Source of the DNA: Mobula hypostoma
Lineage: Eukaryota
Assembly: GCF_963921235.1 (NCBI RefSeq)
Contig: NC_086097.1
Span: 252,342,001 to 252,406,000, forward strand
DNA length: 64,000 nt
Direction of reading: 5' to 3'
Shown: one piece after another, positions 1-12,519 of the stretch
How the letters are laid out: each line of letters starts with the position of its first letter
How positions within the stretch are numbered: position 1 is the first letter of the stretch
Made by a program: the position numbers and the translations under genes
Notes under the pieces: model-generated
What the model saw: only the letters and a program-made list of their open reading frames with translations
Told to the model about the DNA's origin: nothing
The model's database searches: none

Positions 1-593
1 AAATCCAAATATACCACATCCACTGGTTCTCCCCTATCCACTCTACTTGTTACATCCTCAAAAAATTCTATGAGATTCGTCAGACATGATTTTCCTTTCA
101 CAAATCCATGCTGACTTTGTCCGATCATTTCACCGCTTTCCAAATGTGCTGTTATCACATCCTTGATAACTGACTCCAGCAGTTTCCCCACCACCGACGT
201 TAGGCTAACCGGTCTATAATTCCCCGGTTTCTCTCTCCCTTCTTTTTTAAAAAGTGGGGTTACATTAGCCACCCTCCAATCCTCAGGAACTAGTCCAGAA
301 TCTAACGAGTTTTGAAAAATTATCACTAATGCATCCACTATTTCTTGGGCTACTTCCTTAAGCACGCTAGGATGCAGACCATCTGGCCCTGGGGATTTAT
401 CTGCCTTCAATCCCTCCAATTTACCTAACACCACTTCCCTACTAACATGTATTTCACTCAGTTCCTCCATCTCACTGGACCCTCTGTCCCTTACTATTTC
501 TGGAAGATTATTTATGTCCTCCTTAGTGAAGACAGAACCAAAGTAATTATTCAATTGGTCTGCCATGTCCTTGCTCCCCATAATCAATTCACC
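1..593 (-). mobile_element. CR1-clade LINE fragment (reverse transcriptase region), truncated by the window edge
   Basis: The minus strand reads NYRPVSLTSVVGKLLES, QHGFVKGKSCLTNLIEFFEDVT and VDVVYLDF, which are CR1 RT motifs. Confidence 0.85.
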
Positions 594-1953
594 TGTTTAA
601 TCATGAGGATTGCCCAATGTGGATTTTTTTTAGAAGCTAACTCTGTTAATAAATTTTCTATTATTTCTCTTCTTGGATCCTCACTCCCTTTGTCTCTGAG
701 TAAGTTAACTGATGATCTGGTAGTTAAACACACTATGAGGATTTGGATACAATTCCGAAAATACTTTGGCTTATTGAGATTTTCTCTTTCGAGTTCCATT
801 TTTGCTAATTATTTTTTTAAACCCTCTATGATTGATGTGGCTTTTAAAGAATGGGATAGATTAGGTATTAAATGCTTTCAGGACTTGTTTGTAGAGGGAA
901 GTCTCTTTTCGTTTGAACAACTGTCAACTAAATATAGTTTACCTAAAACTGATTTTTTTCAATACCTACAAATAAGAGATTTTCTACAGTCTCAAATAAG
1001 TACATTTCCTGAAAGTCCTGATAAGAATCTACTAGATGTAATTTTTAATTTGAAACCTTTTTATAATGGATCTATATCTAATATTTATAATATGTGGCTG
1101 GGAATGAGAAGTGTTCCTTTAGATAAAATTAAAAATCTTTGGCAACAAGATTTACAGACTTCAATTTCTGAGGAAACTTGGAATCAAATTTTTAAATTGG
1201 TTAAGACAGTTCATCGTTATGTGCCCGCCACTGTCTCCTACAATTGGCCCATATAACCAAGGATAAGTTGTCTCGTTTTTAATTAGATATATCTCCATAT
1301 TGTGATAAATGTAATAATGGAGAAGCTTCACTCATTCATATGTTTTGGACATGCCCAAGTCTTGGACAATATTGGAAAGAAGTATTTCAAACTTTCTCGA
1401 TACTTTTCAAAGTAAACTTGGAGCCTAATCCTTTGACCGCTTTATTTGGTATTGTTGGGGGAAAGGATATTATTTTGGAGTCATCTGACTTGCACATTTT
1501 GGCTTTTATGTCTCTTATGGCCAGAAGGACGCTCTTGCTTAAATGGAAAGATGCGGCCCCTCCTATTCACGCTCAATGGTTACGTGATGTGATGTCATGT
1601 TTAAATTTAGAGAAGATTCGATGTTCAGTCTCTGAATCTAGCCAATACTTTCAAACATTGTGGGGACCCTTTTTGAATTATTTTCAAAACCTTTGGTTTG
1701 CTGTTAAAGCACAGATGATGAATAATAATTTTTTTTTCTTTTTTTATTTACTAATCAGCTTCGGTCTTGGTAGTGGGTTAGATTGATTTTATATAATAAA
1801 ACTACTATATTTCAATGTTACAAATTAATTAATCTGTATGAATATAGGGTAAGGAGTCTATATATGCGATTTAGTATAATGTATTGATATATATTTTTTT
1901 CTTGTACTCTGTATTTTTATATGTAAAATTAATAATAAAAACATTGGAAAGAA
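594..1953 (+). mobile_element. 5'-truncated L1-clade LINE (ORF2 C-terminus, 3'UTR, A-rich tail)
   Basis: ORFs 447-1256 (distal part) and 1340-1786 encode an L1 ORF2 C-terminus, including a cysteine-rich CDKC..HMFWTCP motif. AATAAA and an A-rich end lie near 1933-1953. Confidence 0.85.
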
Positions 1954-2506
1954 ATTATGCAATCAATAAAAGCAAGCAACAGCATTCAGAATGCAAGTGC
2001 GATCACAGACACGAAGATCAGGGCAGCTGGAGCAGGCCACAGTCATAGCGTCCGCCTCAGCTCATCACACAGCGGAACAAAACCGAGATCATAGACACGA
2101 AGATCAGGGCAGTCGTTGCAAAACCGATATCATAGACACGAAGATCAGGGCAGTTGGAACAAAACCGAGATCATAGACAGGGCAGTCGGGACAAAACCGA
2201 AATCATACACATGAAGATCGGGGCAGTTGGACAAACTGAGATAATAGACATGAAATTCAGGATAGTCGGAACAAAACCAAGACCATAGACACGAAGATCA
2301 GGGCAGTTGGAACAAAACCAAGATCACAGACACGAAGATCAGGGCAGTCGGAACAAAACCGAGATCATAGACACTAAGATCAGGGCAGTCGGAACAAAAC
2401 TGAGATCATAGACAGGGCAGTTGGGACAAAACCGAAATCATACACACGAAGATCAGGGCAGTTGGACAAAACTGAGATAATAGACATGAAGTTCAGGACA
2501 GTCGGA

Positions 2507-3412
2507 TGTGACGAGAATACACATAGATTAAGATGTTAGCTGTCCTGTGCTGGCACCAGTGGGTTCAGCAGTTGGTCTGCCACCTGTCTTCAGGAGAAAG
2601 AGAGATAAGGAAAACAATGGAGCAGCATTTGGAGATGTTAATGAAGGTATGGGAGAGTTTAACGGAAGGAGACCTGTCAAGATTGGCTCCCCCTTTGAAC
2701 CCTGAACTGTTTGAAGTGATGGACAGGCGATACCCCAGTAGGGGGATAAAAAGGGACAGGTTTGCTAAGGCAAGACACACACGACACCCCGAGGTAATGA
2801 GACCCTGGAAGCGGTGCGTCTCCCACAAGTCGGTTGGAAGTTTTGGAGGGCTGGTCGTGGGACCAAGCCATAGACACACAGGGTGGAAAGGCACGATCGG
2901 CGGGAACCTGGTGTGTGTCCGCCCTTGCCTGGGTGCCAGGTTCACTGCAGAGAAATGATCATATCTGGAAACAGAGGGGGTCATGTTCGGTGACCTCAGA
3001 AGACATCACAAAGGGCTCACCCGAAAGCTGACTGCGAAGAATATCAAAGGTCTGTGTGGAAGCCGTTTGAATATTCATCCGTTTTGCTCTCTCTCTCTCC
3101 TTTCCCCCACACTGTCCATCTCCCACGGCAGTGATTACTGTGAACTGAACTGAACTCAATTGAACTGAACTTTGCGTCACTTTGAAACTGGTCATTTACC
3201 CCTAGACGACGATAGAGCTTGATTGATCCTGTTATCCTAATTCTGTGTACATGTGTGTTTATCATTGCTGAACTGTTGCATTTATTATCCTTTTGATCAG
3301 AGTACTGTGTTGCCTATTTCTTTAATAAAACTTTCTTAGTTCTAGTAATCCAGACTCCAACTGAGTGATCCATTTCTGCTGGTTTGGCAACCCAGTTATG
3401 GGGTACGTAACA
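2507..3412 (+). mobile_element. Solo LTR (Gypsy-like), 906 bp
   Basis: It begins TGTGACG and ends CGTAACA (TG..CA with short inverted termini). AATAAA lies at about 3324. The satellite resumes in register on both sides, with GGA duplicated. Confidence 0.8.
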
Positions 3413-3601
3413 GGAACAAAACCAAGATCATAGACACGAAGATCAGGGCAGTTGGAACAAAATCGAGATCATAGACACGAAGATCAGGGCAGTCAGAACA
3501 AAACCGAGATCACAGACACGAAGATCAGGGCAGTTGGAGCAAAACCGAAATCATAGACATGAAGATCAGGGCAGTCGGAACAAAATTGAGATCATAGACA
3601 T

Positions 3602-4335
3602 TGTTACGTAACCAGCAACAATAAATATCAATCGAGACAGGTTATATGAAAACAACCAAACATTTATTACACACAGATAAACAATAAAAAACAAACGAAA
3701 ACCTTAACCAGAAGATAACTGCTATGCAGTCGTTTGACAAATCGTCACTCGGCACTGGTTCTTAAAGCGTTAAATGTGAAAACAGTTCTTAAAGCGGTAA
3801 AGTCAGATATAGTTCTTAAAATGGTAAATTAAAAGTCCAACAGATTTATACGTTCAATTGGGAGAGACTTCTTTGGAGCAGGATTTCTTCATAGACGCGA
3901 CTTTCCTGTTGGTTCTGTCCAAAGGATTCACGATGCAGGAAATAAACGGCTTAAAACAACTGACCTAAAATTCTAAAGAGCACCTTGCATGAACTCCTTT
4001 CTCTTTTGGCAAGAGTTATCTTCGATGCAGGTCAGTACTCCTTCAACAAAGACTCAATAAGGTCGATCCTTTGTTAAACTGCTGAACGATACCGACTCCT
4101 CTCAATCCCTCGGGTCCTGCACTTTGATAAAGTCTTCACTCTCCCGTACTACTGCTGGAATAAGGTACATCAACACATCTAGCAAAAATTTCCAGTCCAG
4201 CACTATTGTATCTTGCAACAGAACGTAACATTACGTTTTAAAAATGAAACTGCGTCATAAAAACAAACACGCAACAGAAACGGAGACACATCAACGGTCT
4301 AGCTAGAAAACTAAAAACTAAAAACTAAATGGAGC
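3602..4335 (-). mobile_element. Second LTR-like insertion in the satellite, probably reverse-oriented and truncated
   Basis: It starts TGTTACG and has TTTATT (minus-strand AATAAA) at about 3663. No clear second terminus with a TSD is visible. Confidence 0.55.
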
Positions 4336-5643
4336 TCATAGACACAAAGATCGGGGCAGTCGGAACAAAAGCAAAATCATAGACACGAAGATCAGGGCAG
4401 TCGGGACAAAACCGAGACCATAGACACAAATATCAGGGCAGTCGGGACAAAACCAAGATCACAGACACGAAGATCAGAGCAGTTGGAACAAAACCAAGAT
4501 CATAGACACGAAGATCAGGACAGTTGGAACAAAACCGAGATCATAGACACGAAGATCAGGGCAGTCAGAACAAAACCCAGATTATAGACACGAAGATCAG
4601 GGCAATCAGAACAAAACTGAGGTCATAGACAGGGCAGTCGGAACAAAACCAAGATCATGACATGAAGATCAGGGCAGTCGGAACAAAACCGAGATCATAG
4701 ACACGAAGATCAGGGCAGTCGGAACAAAACCGAGATCACAGACACGAAGATCAGAGCAGTTGGAACAAAACCGAGATCATAGACAGGGCAGTCGGAACAA
4801 AACCGAGATCGTAGACATGAAGATCAGGGCAGTCGGAACAAAACCGAGATCATAGACATGAAGATCAGGGCAGTCGGAACAAAACCGAGATCATAGACAG
4901 GGCAGTCGGAACAAAACCGAGATCATAGACATAAAGATCAGGGCAGTCGGAGCAAAACCGAGATCATAGACAGGGCAGTCGGAACAAAACGAAGATCATG
5001 GACATGGCAGTCGGAACAGGCCACAGTCACAACCTCCGCCTCAGTGCAGCAGAAAGTGGAGCAAACGTTGCCGAGCAGGAAGCAGAAGCAGCTCGACCCT
5101 CGTCTCTGGTCCCAACACCCAGCATTCCCAATGTATCCAGCTGGCATTTAATTGTCTAACACCAGATTATCCCTTGTGCTAAGACCTGGGCCGCACCTCA
5201 TCGATATGCTCGGAGCCTGTCACATTCCGACTTGTCCCCAACAAAATCGGACCGACACTTAGATTGATGCAACCTCGCTCTCGTTTTAGGTGGGCGGTCA
5301 CAAGTATGGCACCTCTGGTAGAACCTACTCTTCGCAAGTACGGATAATGATCAAAGCTCTTTGTTCCTAGAGCCTTGATGTCGTAAAGGAAATCCTGAAT
5401 CTGCTCCTCCCAGCAAGTGTTGAAAATCTTCTTGAGTCCATAACAAGAATGAACTCAGCATCTGTGGGGGAAAGAATTGTCAATGTTTTGGGTTGAAACC
5501 CTGCGTTGGGGGGTTCCAGTGACGTCATCTTCCAGAATGGCAGCTTAAATCAATAGCTCCTCTGGAAATCGCATATTTTGCCCTGTTAATCCATCAAATA
5601 TAAGATCTTTCGAAAATATCTGAATTGATAAGAGGGGGCAAGA

Positions 5644-7681
5644 ATGGGGAAAAAGAGTGGAGATAAGAAAAGCATCACAGCGCAGCCTGTGGAAGAGAGA
5701 GATACAACAAGCCGCTCTTCTACATGTGTGCGTGATGGCGAAGCTGACTCTGGGCCTTGTTCAGTCAAAGCGGCAAATATGATAAGCATGTTGGAAGAGA
5801 TAAGGGAAACCCAAAAAGATATAAAACAAAAATTTAGTCCTCCCCTGGAACTGCATTCTAGCCGGCATTGCTTAAACACGTGCCTGTGAGCAGCCGTTAG
5901 CAAGATGAGTTCCAAGGTATCGGAAAAGCCTAAAAGAGCTCGTAAGGGTGTTACACTTAGCATAAAACTAGACATAATTAAGCGTTTCGATCGTGGTGAA
6001 CGAAGTAAGGACAAAGTGAGTTTGGCTTGTGGAAGTTGACGAAGATAATGTTGAAGAGGTTTTGGCATCCCATGACCAAGAACTGATAGATGAAGAGCTG
6101 ATGCAATTGGAAGAGGAAAGGATAACAATCAAAACCGAATGCAGTGGCGAACGGACCGAAGGTGAAGTCATCCAGGAACTGAACGTGAAGCAACTGCGTG
6201 AGATGATAGAAAAATGTGCAAGGCTAAGCAGTCAAGCATACTGTCGTTTTTCAAGCCTTCCACATCAGCCACAGCTGACGACGAACCTTGACCTTCGACA
6301 TCGAGGCAGGCAGATATAGAAGAAGATGACCTGCCTGCCCTGATGGAAACAGACGACGATAAGATGACACCCCAGTGTCCGACCACCCCAACCCCTGGGC
6401 CCCGGACTGATACATTGCCGCGGAGAATGCAGCGGTAGCTGGGACGCACCCAGCACATCTTTAAGAGAAAAAAGCCGAAATAAACAAGCTAATTAATTAG
6501 GTGCCGCCTGGCACGTAACTGTTGGCCCAGATCAGAGGCAACGCAATCGGCAATTGCCTCTGATTTGGGCCGATCTTTACGTGCTGGGTGGCACCTAATT
6601 AATTAGCTTGTTTATTTCGGCTTTTTTCTTAAAGATGTGCTGGGTGTGTCCCGGCTACCACTGGACCACTGCCTGCTTTGCGGATCGGTATCAGTCCGCG
6701 GCCTGGAGGGTGGGGGCCACTGCACCACCCCAACCTCCGACGACTCAGCCTAACACACCATCATTGTGCTCGATGTCTTCCTGATTTCCGTAAGTGATAC
6801 TACGCTGTACATACATTATTTCTACTTTATATAGGCTGTGTATTTTTGTGTTATTTGGTATGATTTGGCAGCTTCATAGCTTAAAGGTTACTGGAGAGAG
6901 TGTTTCTGCTGAGAGCGCTTGCATGAGATTTTCGCTACGGAGAACAGTGCGGCAATGATTGTAGAGAAGTATTTCTACTTTATATAGGCTGTGTATTTAT
7001 CATATCATTCCTGCTTTTACTGTATGTTACTGTTACTTTAGGTTTTATTTGTTATTTGGCATGATTTGGTAGGTCATTTTTGGGTCTGCGAATGCTCACA
7101 AATGTTTCCCATATAAATAAATGGTAATTGCTTATTCACTTTACGACATTCCGGCTTACAAACCGTTTCATAGGAACGCTCTACCTTCAGATGGCGGGGG
7201 TAACCTGTACTTAGATTCCTTCGATTCAAGAGCAAGGCGGAGATTCTACGAAGAGCCTGGGGTAAGAAGATTGTGTTTTGGAACGCCAAGTTAATCTACT
7301 TCAATCAAGATTACCCCCCTCCCCCCCGCCCCCCGGGTGGTCCTACAGAAACGGAAGGAATATTCCGAAGTGAAACTAATATTAAAGCAATAAAAGATTA
7401 AGTTCCAACCTCTGTACCCTGCTAAACTGAGGGTGTTTTACGAAGGAGGGATACAGCTATATCAGGCGGTGGAAGAGGCAACTACAGACATGAAGAACAG
7501 AGGGTTCCCCATTAGCGTGGTCAGACTGAGGGAAAGCCTGGCTGAGCAGTTATCCCGATCTGCTTGGGAAATAGTAAGAGAACCGAGATAGCAGGGGACG
7601 GGATGAGGACAAAAGAAGGATATTAGGAAGAGACTGTGAGTTCTCCGAAGACAGCCCTCACTTCCTCCAGAAGAGCCATAA
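5644..7681 (+). pseudogene. L1 ORF1 remnant, split by a Tigger derivative and missing its middle
   Basis: The N-terminus reads MGKKSGDKK..EIRETQKDIKQ. After 7210 it continues RFLRFKSKAEILRRAW..YFNQDYPP..YPAKLRVF, as in fish L1 ORF1p C-termini. Confidence 0.75.
5836..7207 (+). mobile_element. Internally deleted Tigger/pogo DNA transposon derivative (left TIR lost)
   Basis: From about 5904, MSSKVSEKPKRARKGVTLSIKLDIIKRFDRGE (CENP-B/psq HTH) is joined to EVDEDNVEEVLASHDQELIDEELMQLEEE (Tigger C-terminus). The right end is GGGGGGTAACCTG followed by TA at 7208-7209. Confidence 0.8.
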
Positions 7682-8136
7682 GGTTTGGCTAACTTTAAAA
7701 GTGCTGATAAACTAAACGGAAGCAAAAATAGATGGGATATACCTATCTCGAGAAATACGTATTATAATATGGATTTTATATTACTCAATTTTTTAAAAAT
7801 TCATTCATTCACTCCTTTTTTCCCACCTAAATGAGATTATATACATGGGAGGAATACACGGGGAAATCATTTCTGTGTAATGGACATAGATTTTTTAACT
7901 TACTTTTATAGGTACTGCAGCGGGGGCCCTCAACTCACAGGTAGGAGGGGCTATCCCCCACGGCGAGATGTTTCTTCTAGCCCAACCCAGGGTCATCTAG
8001 AGACCCCAACCTTGGAATCATACCTTCGTTACCCTTTTTTTTATTATTTGCACTTCTTGGCTCTTATTTGTTCAGGGAGTAGATCGATTAAGTTACATTC
8101 TGCAAATTTCAATGACATACTAACAGATAAATACAC

Positions 8137-11100
8137 ATGGCTAAGGACAAGGTAAAATTTATTTCTTTTAATGTCAATGGGTTGTTAAATCCAATCAAAC
8201 ACAGTAATATTCTATCAAAAATGAAAAAAGAACAAGCCCATGTAGTATATTTACAAGAAACTCACAAGTGATAATGAATATGGAAAATTAAAAAGAATGG
8301 GTTTCACTAATTTGTTTTTCTCCTCATATAAATCAGAACATAAAAGAGGAGTTGCTATTCTCATCTCAAGCAAGCTAAATTTTGAAAAAGTATTCGAAAT
8401 TGGAGATAAGGAGGGCAGATATAATCTGATAAGGGGGAATATAGACAGAAATCCAGTTACTTTATTGAATACATACGCACCTTCAGGAAGTGATATTAGT
8501 TTCTTCCAGAAAATTACTAATATTATGGTAATGGAAACAGAACGTCTCTTGATATGTGGGGGAGACTTAAATTTACAATTACAACCAAAGTTAGACTCTT
8601 CCAATAGAAAAACTTATGAAACAAAGTCCTTACATAAGAAAGTTAACACTCTTTTTGAGGATGTTGGTCTAATTGATATATGGAGGGACCTTTTCCCCGA
8701 CAGAACGGATTACACTCATTATTCTGCTCCCCCATTCCGCATATACAAGAATAGACTATTTCACAACATTTGGGAAAGATAGAGACAAAATAATCACCTG
8801 TGGAATTGGGACAATAGATGTAAGTGACCATGCACCTATATATTTATCTGTTAATTTTGACCTACAACCAAAGAATACTATTTGGAAACTAATTTCAAGT
8901 CTACTCGATGATCCCTATTTTAAGGAACAAATTAAAAAAGAAATTGGTCTTTACTTAGAATTCAATGATAATCGAGAGGTTTCACCTCCCATTCTATGGG
9001 ATACTCTGAAGGCTGTCTTAAGAGGGAAAATTATAGCGATATCTTCATTTAAGAAAAAAATAAGGAATAAAACATTAGAGGAATTACAAAATAAGCTGAA
9101 GGAACTAGAAAAAAACACAAATTGAGTTTGGCACAGGATACACTAGAGGAATTTTTAAAAATAGGAATGAAATTAATAGTTTGGCTACACAAGAAATTAG
9201 AAAAAAATTAATGTTTCTGAAACAGAGACACTATGAAGGTGGATCTAAATCAATGAAAATACTGGCGTGGAAACTGAAAAAAAAAGTAGAAAATACAATT
9301 CATAGAATTAGGGATCCAAGAACAAAAGTGATAAAAAAAATAAGTTAAGTGAAATTCAAGAAGCTTTTGAAATGTTTTACAAAACTCTATATTCCAAAGT
9401 TCCAGGGGGAAGCATAACCCAGATTGACACCTTCCTGAATTCTTTAGAGTTACCCGCTTTAAGCAAAGAACAAGATAGAACGATGACTGCTGACATAACT
9501 GAAGCTGAACTAAAAACTACAATTAGGAGGCTTAAATTAAGCAAGTCACCATGATCAGATGGATATACGGCAGAGTGGTATAAAGAGTTTAGAAGTGAGT
9601 TAATTCCTGTTTTACTCCCCACACTGAACTGGGCTCTAAGAAAAGCGCAAATGCCACCCAGCTGGAAGGAGGCGATAATCTCAGCTATTCCGAAAGAAGG
9701 CAAGGATAAAATGGAATGTGGGTCATTTAGACCAATATCTGTTCTTAATGTGGATTATAGAATATTTACCTCCATCATGGCCAAACAACTAGAAGAGTTT
9801 CTACCCACACTGATACATAATGATCAGACAGGTTTTATACAACAACGCCAAACACAAGACAATATACGAAGGACACTTCACATTATGGATCATATTTTTA
9901 AAAATGAAATTGAAACAATAGTGATAAGCGTGGATGCTGAAAAGGCATTTGATTCAGTTAATTGTAATTTTCTTTACAGCGTTTTACATAGATTTGGTCT
10001 ACATGACACAATTATTAAAACTATAGAGGCACTATACGACAATCCTACTGCTAGAATTAAAATCAATGGATATTTATCTAATAGTTTTACCCTAGAAAGG
10101 GGCACGAGACAGGGTTGTGCATGGTCACCCCTACTCTTCGCATTATATCTGGAACCATTAGCTCAATACATCAGACAAAATGAAGATATCAGGGGAATTA
10201 TTATTAAAGGGACTGAGCATAAATTGGCCTGTTAATGTGGATGACATTTTGATCTATCTAGGGCAACCAACGTACTTTTTACCTAAATTGAGGCAATCCT
10301 TTGAACAATATGGCCAATTATCAGGATACAAGATCAATGTAGATAAAACCCAACTACTTTCATATAACTATAGCCCACCAAGAGAAATTGAAAGTAGATA
10401 TCCTTGGGCATGGCAAACAGAGTCTGTCAAATATTTGGGCATTATTATGCCAAAAGATTTGGCAAAATTATCAGAATGCAATTATCAACCTATATATAAA
10501 AAAATTAAGGAAGATATAACGAGATGGAACCTAATTCCTTTTCTTGGTCTCAGTTCAAGGATTGAATCTATTAAAATGAATATACTGCCCAGACTACTAC
10601 ATCCCTTTCAGACCCTACAAATAGAGATTAACCAAAATCAATTCAATGAATGGAAAAGATGCATCAAGGTATATATGGCAAGGTAAAAGACCAGGGTTCA
10701 TCTCAAAACTTTGCAATTAGCCAAGGAAAAGGGGGGATGGGGCCTACCGCCTCTTAGAGATTATTATTTTGCAGCACAGTTGAGAGCTGTGCTATGCTGG
10801 TGCAACCCATCATATGATGCTCAATGGAAAATCATTGAGGAGAGGATACTTTCCATCCCCATACAGGCAATTTTGGCTGATACCAACCTACAAAGTTACA
10901 TAAACACTACAGTGAAATAGACTCTTAAAATATGGAAAACTATTATAAAAGAATATAAACTAGAGAGAGACATTGCAATTCTTAAATGGTGTGCATATGA
11001 CTTGGATGTTACACCGAATAAACTGGATGCTAAATTTAAGGACTGGACAGCTAAAGGAATAACAACTATTTGCATTATAATGAAAGAAGGAACACTGTTC

Positions 11101-11922
11101 AGTTGTGAGATACTGAAAAAGAAACACTTATTAGAAAAACAATACTCCTACCGGTATGTTAATAGGATGGTTAAAAATGTAACCAAGGCAAGTACATGTT
11201 TGATAGAGCTATTTAGAAAAGCATATAATTCAGACTACGGTAGTAGAATCATTTCAAGTGTGTATAAGGGTTTGTCAAGTCTTAAAACACATTCAACTTC
11301 ATACATTAAAACAAAATGGGAGAAGGAAGAAGGGGTAATAATAATATCCGAGGAAGACTGGACAATAATATGGAGGTATCGATGGAAGTGTACCAGTTCA
11401 CAGAAATGGAGGGAGTTCAGGTGGAAAAACTTGATAAGATACTGTATTTTATTACACCCTCTCAGAAATCCCATTATGATAGTAACCTCCCTGTTTGCTG
11501 GAGAAATTGTGGAAATCAAAATGCAAACCATTATCATATTTTCTGGGAATGCCCTCTTATCAAAGACTATTGGAGTAGGATACATAATGCCCTACAAGAC
11601 ATCTTTAAATGTGAAATACCTTTAAAGAGTAAGCCCATATATTTTGGGTATATACCTCAAGAATGATTGAAAAGAGATAAATATTTAATGAATATACTGC
11701 TGGTGGCTGGTAAAAAGACCCTTACCAGGAAATGGTTATCACAGGAGAGCCCAACTTTAAACACATGAATGGAAATTACAATGGACATTTACAAAATGGA
11801 GAAGATAACAGCATCTGTTAATCATAAGTTGGAACAATTTGATTCATACTGGGAAAAATGATTTAACTACATAACACCTCATAGGCCTGATTTTACTCTC
11901 ACAAGTCAATGCATATGGTGTA
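8137..11922 (+). pseudogene. L1 ORF2 (APE endonuclease, RT, cysteine-rich C-terminus) with several frameshifts and stops
   Basis: Motifs MAKDKVKFISFNVNGL, LQETH, GGDLN, RIDYF, SDHAP, FRPISVL, DAEKAFD, GTRQGC, DDILIY and CWRNC..HIFWEC occur across successive ORF fragments. Confidence 0.92.
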
Positions 11923-12220
11923 AAAAGATCACTCCCTACTTTATACATAGATTTCTTCTTTCGATTGTTCTTTCTTTCCTCTCCTTTCTATAAGTGTATA
12001 CCTCAGATAAATATTATGTGGAGATTTGTGACAAATATGATTATACGATATATATGTACAGTATCTGAAATACACCTTATGGAAACATTTGTTTAATGAT
12101 GAACTTCAATAAAAAATAAATTACAAAAAAAAAGAAACCCTGTGTTGGAACCTAAAGCGGCGAAAGAGTTGGCAATAGTGTTAGCTAATCACTATTGTGA
12201 CACCCTAGAAAATATTTCAG

Positions 12221-12302
12221 TGGCAGCAGTGGGATTTGAACCCACGCCTCTGAACAGACTGGAGCCTAAATCCAGCACCTTAGACCACACAGCCACACTA
12301 CC
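12221..12302 (-). tRNA. tRNA-Leu(TAG), full length but probably a pseudogene
   Basis: The reverse complement is GGTAGTGTGGCTGTGTGGTCTAAGGTGCTGGATTTAGGCTCCAGTCTGTTCAGAGGCGTGGGTTCAAATCCCACTGCTGCCA (82 nt), with TTTT shortly downstream. Invariant A14 is lost and there are several CpG-type transitions. Confidence 0.85.
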
Positions 12303-12519
12303 AAAAATACATTGGGAGATGAGTCATTGGACTATGTGAAAATGGTGGAGGCTGATGTGGGTGGGAAGGGAATTGACAAAGGGAGTCAATGTATGACCAG
12401 GTAGGTTCTGTGGAGCAAGATCAGGCAGAAAGAATCAATATACCTGAATAGTCTCATTTGTGGATCCTGGGCAAGAAATAAAAGCGCGAAATGCCAAGTT
12501 GGGGCAGAGGGTGCGGAGG

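Larger units (their letters stand above)
2001..5045. repeat. 41-bp tandem repeat array (GATCAGGGCAGTCGGAACAAAACCGAGATCATAGACACGAA) with a 32-bp deletion variant, interrupted by two LTR-like insertions
   Basis: Units are directly visible at about 2070-2506, 3413-3601 and 4336-5015. Confidence 0.95.
5510..12133 (+). mobile_element. L1-clade LINE retaining both termini (degenerate), with a 15-bp target-site duplication
   Basis: The TSD is GAAACCCTG(C/T)GTTGG at 5495-5509 and 12134-12148. The element has a G-rich 5' end, ORF1 and ORF2 remnants, and AATAAA plus an oligo-A tail at about 12108-12133. Confidence 0.93.

Noticed and set aside
2533..3265. ORFs of 65-141 aa
   Set aside because: They lie inside the solo LTR and show no gag, pol or env motifs.
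2001..5045. CRISPR-like appearance of the regular repeats (also at 20.7-24.2 kb)
   Set aside because: The units are head-to-tail without unique spacers, the context is eukaryotic and there are no cas genes.
5320..5445. Short protein-like frames (KKIFNTCWEEQIQDFLYDIKALG on -, DVVKEILNLLLPASVENLLESIT on +)
   Set aside because: They are about 40 codons long with no recognisable family and no clear splice sites, so they cannot be supported without a search.
5904..6319. Domesticated TIGD/CENP-B-like gene
   Set aside because: The DDE catalytic region is deleted, the two parts are not a continuous ORF and the piece sits inside an L1.
5510..12302. tRNA-array-targeted retrotransposition (Tx1/Dewa-like), since the LINE ends about 90 bp from a tRNA-Leu copy
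   Set aside because: The TSD lies in a Penelope-repeat remnant, the ORF1 looks L1-type and the other two tRNA copies have no such insertion. A single case is not evidence of targeting.
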